Source: Naegleria gruberi (taxonomy: Eukaryota). From it: 64,000 bases of DNA. The notes under the pieces are model-generated. The model saw only the letters and a program-made list of their open reading frames with translations. It did not search any database and was not told the DNA's origin. The DNA lies in the NCBI GenBank assembly GCA_000004985.1, contig GG738852.1; one strand, 5' to 3'. Positions 60,992 through 64,000 of this stretch are shown one piece after another. The position numbers were made by a program, and so were the translations under genes. The stretch's first letter is position 1, and every line of letters begins with the position of its first letter.

Positions 60992-62137
60992 ATGAATACA
61001 AAACTCACTTCACACTTGCCACATTTGATAAAACACAATTTTCCGAGTGTAAAGTATGCCTTTGCCTATGGATCGGCAGTCTTTAAACAAAAAGGGAATG
61101 AGGCACTTCATGAAGATTTTGATAAATTACACGACACTAAAATTATTGATGTGTCCAAGCCTGGTGAGGAGGAGAAGGCTGTAGTTCCGATTGTTGTGGA
61201 TAGGAAAAAGATGATGGTAGATATGGTGCTTGCTGTGAGTGATTCGTATGAATTTCACAAACAGAATTTATTATTAAATCCAGAGCATTATTCAGTGTTG
61301 ATGAGGATTTTGGGACCGAGAGTGATTACATTGCTACAGGAAAAGTTTGGAGCTAGAATTTATTATAATACAATGGTGGATTTGGATGATATTCATACTG
61401 GTGTTAGGTCACCATTTTTGTTTAAATATGGAGTTATAAAGGCACAACATTTAATTAAAGATTTGAATAATTGGGAAACTTTGTATGTGTCTGGAAGATT
61501 GCAAAAACCAACCTTTACAATTGATACAATTGATGAGAATGTTAGATCACTGCCAGGACATGTGGATACATGGCATCAAAATATCTGTCTAGCTCAGGAA
61601 CACAATTTGGAGCATGCCTTATTTACTGCATTGAAAATTATTTTATCTGAAAATCAATTGACAAATGGAACAGATCAAGAACAGGATATCAAAATTAATT
61701 TATTCGATTTATTTGTAATGATTGCCTCGCTATCCTATCAAGGAGATGTTAGAATGAAAATCAAGGGAGCAGAAAATAAGAATAAGGTGACTAATATTGT
61801 CACAACAAATTATGAACATTTTATAGAACTGTACGAACCAATTATGGAAAAGAGTAAATTATCGATCAAATTGGATCCAGATACTAAACAAAGTTATGTG
61901 AATATTACCAAATCAGATGTGGAGAAGGTTCGTGGTAGAGATCTACCTTTGAATGTTCAACAACAGCTCAGTAATCAATCAAAGATTACTGCTGATAGCA
62001 TCCAACAAGCTATTGCCAAGATTGTTTCCTCATCTAGTACATCACAAACTCTGAAGGGTTTAATTTCGGCTGGTCCTGTAAAGAGCTTTCACTATGTTTT
62101 GGAAAAATTGAAAAAAGGATTAAAGAGCCACAAGTAG
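60992..62137 (+). CDS. TAM41/MMP37-family mitochondrial phosphatidate cytidylyltransferase
   Basis: ATG at 60992. FAYGSAVFKQ and LYVSGRLQKP match the Tam41 YGSGVF.Q and Y(I/V)SGRLHKP motifs. Confidence 0.7.
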   Translation: MNTKLTSHLPHLIKHNFPSVKYAFAYGSAVFKQKGNEALHEDFDKLHDTKIIDVSKPGEEEKAVVPIVVDRKKMMVDMVLAVSDSYEFHKQNLLLNPEHYSVLMRILGPRVITLLQEKFGARIYYNTMVDLDDIHTGVRSPFLFKYGVIKAQHLIKDLNNWETLYVSGRLQKPTFTIDTIDENVRSLPGHVDTWHQNICLAQEHNLEHALFTALKIILSENQLTNGTDQEQDIKINLFDLFVMIASLSYQGDVRMKIKGAENKNKVTNIVTTNYEHFIELYEPIMEKSKLSIKLDPDTKQSYVNITKSDVEKVRGRDLPLNVQQQLSNQSKITADSIQQAIAKIVSSSSTSQTLKGLISAGPVKSFHYVLEKLKKGLKSHK

Positions 62138-62267
62138 TTATGCTGCCTTGTGGATATATTTAATGGTTACAAAATTTCAAAATTCAAAACTTTTTCATCC
62201 TCTGCCTCAATCCTTCTCTTTTTACTGATACCATGTCTAGCAATTCATCATCAAAAATCATACCAAG

Positions 62268-62705
62268 TTATTCAGAAACACTCTTGTACTTTTCCTCCAA
62301 TTCCTTCTTTTTTTCCACCCATCTCTTCAATCCACTTGGAGAAAGTTTATCCTCTCTTGGATCGAGAGCATACTTCCTCTCAAAACTAGGTGACAAGTTT
62401 CTCATAAAAGAGAATACAAGCAGGAGTGATGATGAAACAGTCAAAATATTGGCTTTACCAGTTTGTGGTGGATTTCTTCTCTTTCTTAAAACTCCACTCA
62501 CATATGCAGATCCGAGAGCTAAATTAAAAATTAAAACATTGAATGCAATTGGAGAGTTTAATCTTGTCTCATAAACTGCTCTTTCGGCCACTAGTAATGT
62601 GCTCCTATCATCGGGTCCGATTGGTTTTTGTGTTTGACGAAGAAGTTTGTTAGTATTTGTTGGAATGATATTTGGTTGTGGTGTAGGGCTATTGCTTTCA
62701 GACAT
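62268..62705 (-). CDS. hypothetical small protein with one TM helix
   Basis: ATG at 62705. Hydrophobic IAFNVLIFNLALGSAYVSGVL. Basic/acidic C-terminal tail. Confidence 0.4.
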   Translation of the reverse strand: MSESNSPTPQPNIIPTNTNKLLRQTQKPIGPDDRSTLLVAERAVYETRLNSPIAFNVLIFNLALGSAYVSGVLRKRRNPPQTGKANILTVSSSLLLVFSFMRNLSPSFERKYALDPREDKLSPSGLKRWVEKKKELEEKYKSVSE

Positions 62706-62829
62706 TTTTTAGTAATTAAAAAGTAAAATTTAAATATTAAATAGTAATTGATTATTCATGATTAATTATTTATTATTTTAAATAGTTTCACACCAATATG
62801 TACATTAAATATTTTCATAATAATTATTA

Positions 62830-63657
62830 TTACTTCTTTGAGAATTTTCCTTTGAAAATGGTACTAATAGATTCTTCAGTTTCTCTCCTCGTCTTACTCA
62901 GGGCAGCTTTGATTGGTTCGAAAAAGTTCGTATCCTTGAAATCTTTCTCCTTTTGAACTGGAGGTGCAGTGTTTGATTTATGACCATGATCTTCACCTGG
63001 TTTGACACCAACAAACTTTTCAATTACAATTCTTTCAGTAGCTTGATAATTGAGTGTATAGGATGAATTTTCTTGGTCAACTGTGAGTGTAGCAGATGAT
63101 TCAGTGTTATCTGTTGATTCATCGGCTTCAGATGTCTTGTTGAAATTAAATTGTGAATCATCATATCTTTTACGTGGCTTTTTACCTTCGGAAACATCTT
63201 GTATAAGTAATTTCATAGCAAAATCAGGTGTCTTATTTTGCTTTTGCATTTCCCACAGAATACTATTCACTCTCTCGGTTCTATCTGTTTGACCAGCACA
63301 TTCCTCAATTTGTTTTCTAAAATGGTCAATAGAATGATCAATGGTCAACATCTTTTCAGCAATCTTTCTAGCTTCATCCTCTGTTAATGAAATCTTTCTA
63401 TCCACTTTGGTTTCACTAATTTGTTTTGATGTTTCTTCCTTAGATTCAAATAGTGTTCCAAAATTTCTCCTTCCATGTACTCCCTTCTTATTCATCAATT
63501 CAAAAACATCTTGATCGGCCGGTATTTCTCCTCTCAAAAGACACGATGATGAAAATTCGAATTTTTGCACCCGAATAATATTATTACTAATTAAATTCCG
63601 ATAATTATTGCAACAAGGATAACGACGAAGTGGCTTTGCGAGCACGTTTTTAATCAT
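62830..63657 (-). CDS. hypothetical protein with basic N-terminus (possible mitochondrial presequence)
   Basis: ATG at 63657. MIKNVLAKPLRRYP. Acidic S/T/D/E-rich middle. Confidence 0.4.
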   Translation of the reverse strand: MIKNVLAKPLRRYPCCNNYRNLISNNIIRVQKFEFSSSCLLRGEIPADQDVFELMNKKGVHGRRNFGTLFESKEETSKQISETKVDRKISLTEDEARKIAEKMLTIDHSIDHFRKQIEECAGQTDRTERVNSILWEMQKQNKTPDFAMKLLIQDVSEGKKPRKRYDDSQFNFNKTSEADESTDNTESSATLTVDQENSSYTLNYQATERIVIEKFVGVKPGEDHGHKSNTAPPVQKEKDFKDTNFFEPIKAALSKTRRETEESISTIFKGKFSKK

Positions 63658-63887
63658 TTTTTATTTTATTATTATTTTGCAACAGGTGAATTTAACAATG
63701 GAGAACGGTATTGGATGATTCTCATCAATTTACTAATATTTGCATTTTAATAACAATTGGAGAGTAGTATCAAAAGTGAGCGAGGATGTAATTATTATTG
63801 TTGCTTACAGATATCAAAAGTGATTCTTCTTGGAATTGAATTTTGAAACTTTCATGGTTTGATAATTGAAAAGCAAGATCCAAAAAA

Positions 63888-64000
63888 AATGAATTTAGCA
63901 GCTAATCTTGTGAGTACCTCCACTGCAGCAGTTGCTGCTGGCTCACAGAGACAATCACTGCCCTCCGTAGGAGCAAGTGTTGGTGCTGGTGATTCTGTGC
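63888..64000 (+). CDS. 5' end of an unidentified gene, continues beyond window
   Basis: ATG at 63888 in aaaaaaaaATGa context. Open to the window end. GC-rich codons. A GTGAGT at 63909 could equally be a donor after a 7-codon exon. Confidence 0.3.

Overview
The window is a 64-kb eukaryotic nuclear segment that looks like a dictyostelid social-amoeba genome. Evidence: AT-rich DNA, A-rich ATG contexts, GT-AG introns mostly in a tight 41-51 nt class (a few of 60-112 nt), nuclear-type tRNAs followed by Pol III T-tracts, and a Steely-type fused type I/type III polyketide synthase. Third-codon-position usage is less A/T-biased than in D. discoideum, so another dictyostelid lineage is likely. The species cannot be named from sequence alone. 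I model about 43 protein-coding genes on both strands, three tRNA genes and one N-gap at about 58496-58544. The tRNAs are one tRNA-Ser(AGA) and an inverted pair of intron-containing tRNA-Leu(AAG). Genes identified by motif include the 2658-aa Steely hybrid PKS, a USP4/15-type deubiquitinase, a class I HDAC, GDP-mannose 4,6-dehydratase, a DEAD-box helicase, thioredoxin reductase, polo-like kinase, enolase, a P450, mitochondrial TrpRS, TAM41, TMEM18 and a membrane-tethered bZIP. Many ORF-track N-termini begin with TTG/GTG translated as M. I reset those starts to the first in-frame ATG or joined them to upstream exons. Main findings: (1) a GC-only GCGTGCG motif found only upstream of three thiol-redox/detox genes, as a 9-bp palindrome pair before thioredoxin reductase; (2) an intronless bacterial-type L,D-transpeptidase (YkuD) gene among spliced host genes; (3) the Steely PKS; (4) an MGST3-like gene whose conserved halves lie in two frames across a 1-nt A-run discrepancy; (5) a 43-nt microexon carrying the conserved Cys motif of a YeeE/YedE-like membrane protein; (6) enolase with a spliced RIIa/DPY-30-like N-terminal extension; (7) an ARL2BP-UIM protein with a long E-R/K helix. 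Coordinates come from the line labels and were cross-checked against the ORF track. The PKS 3' end disagrees by 1 nt between the two, and numbering just after the N-gap by 2 nt.
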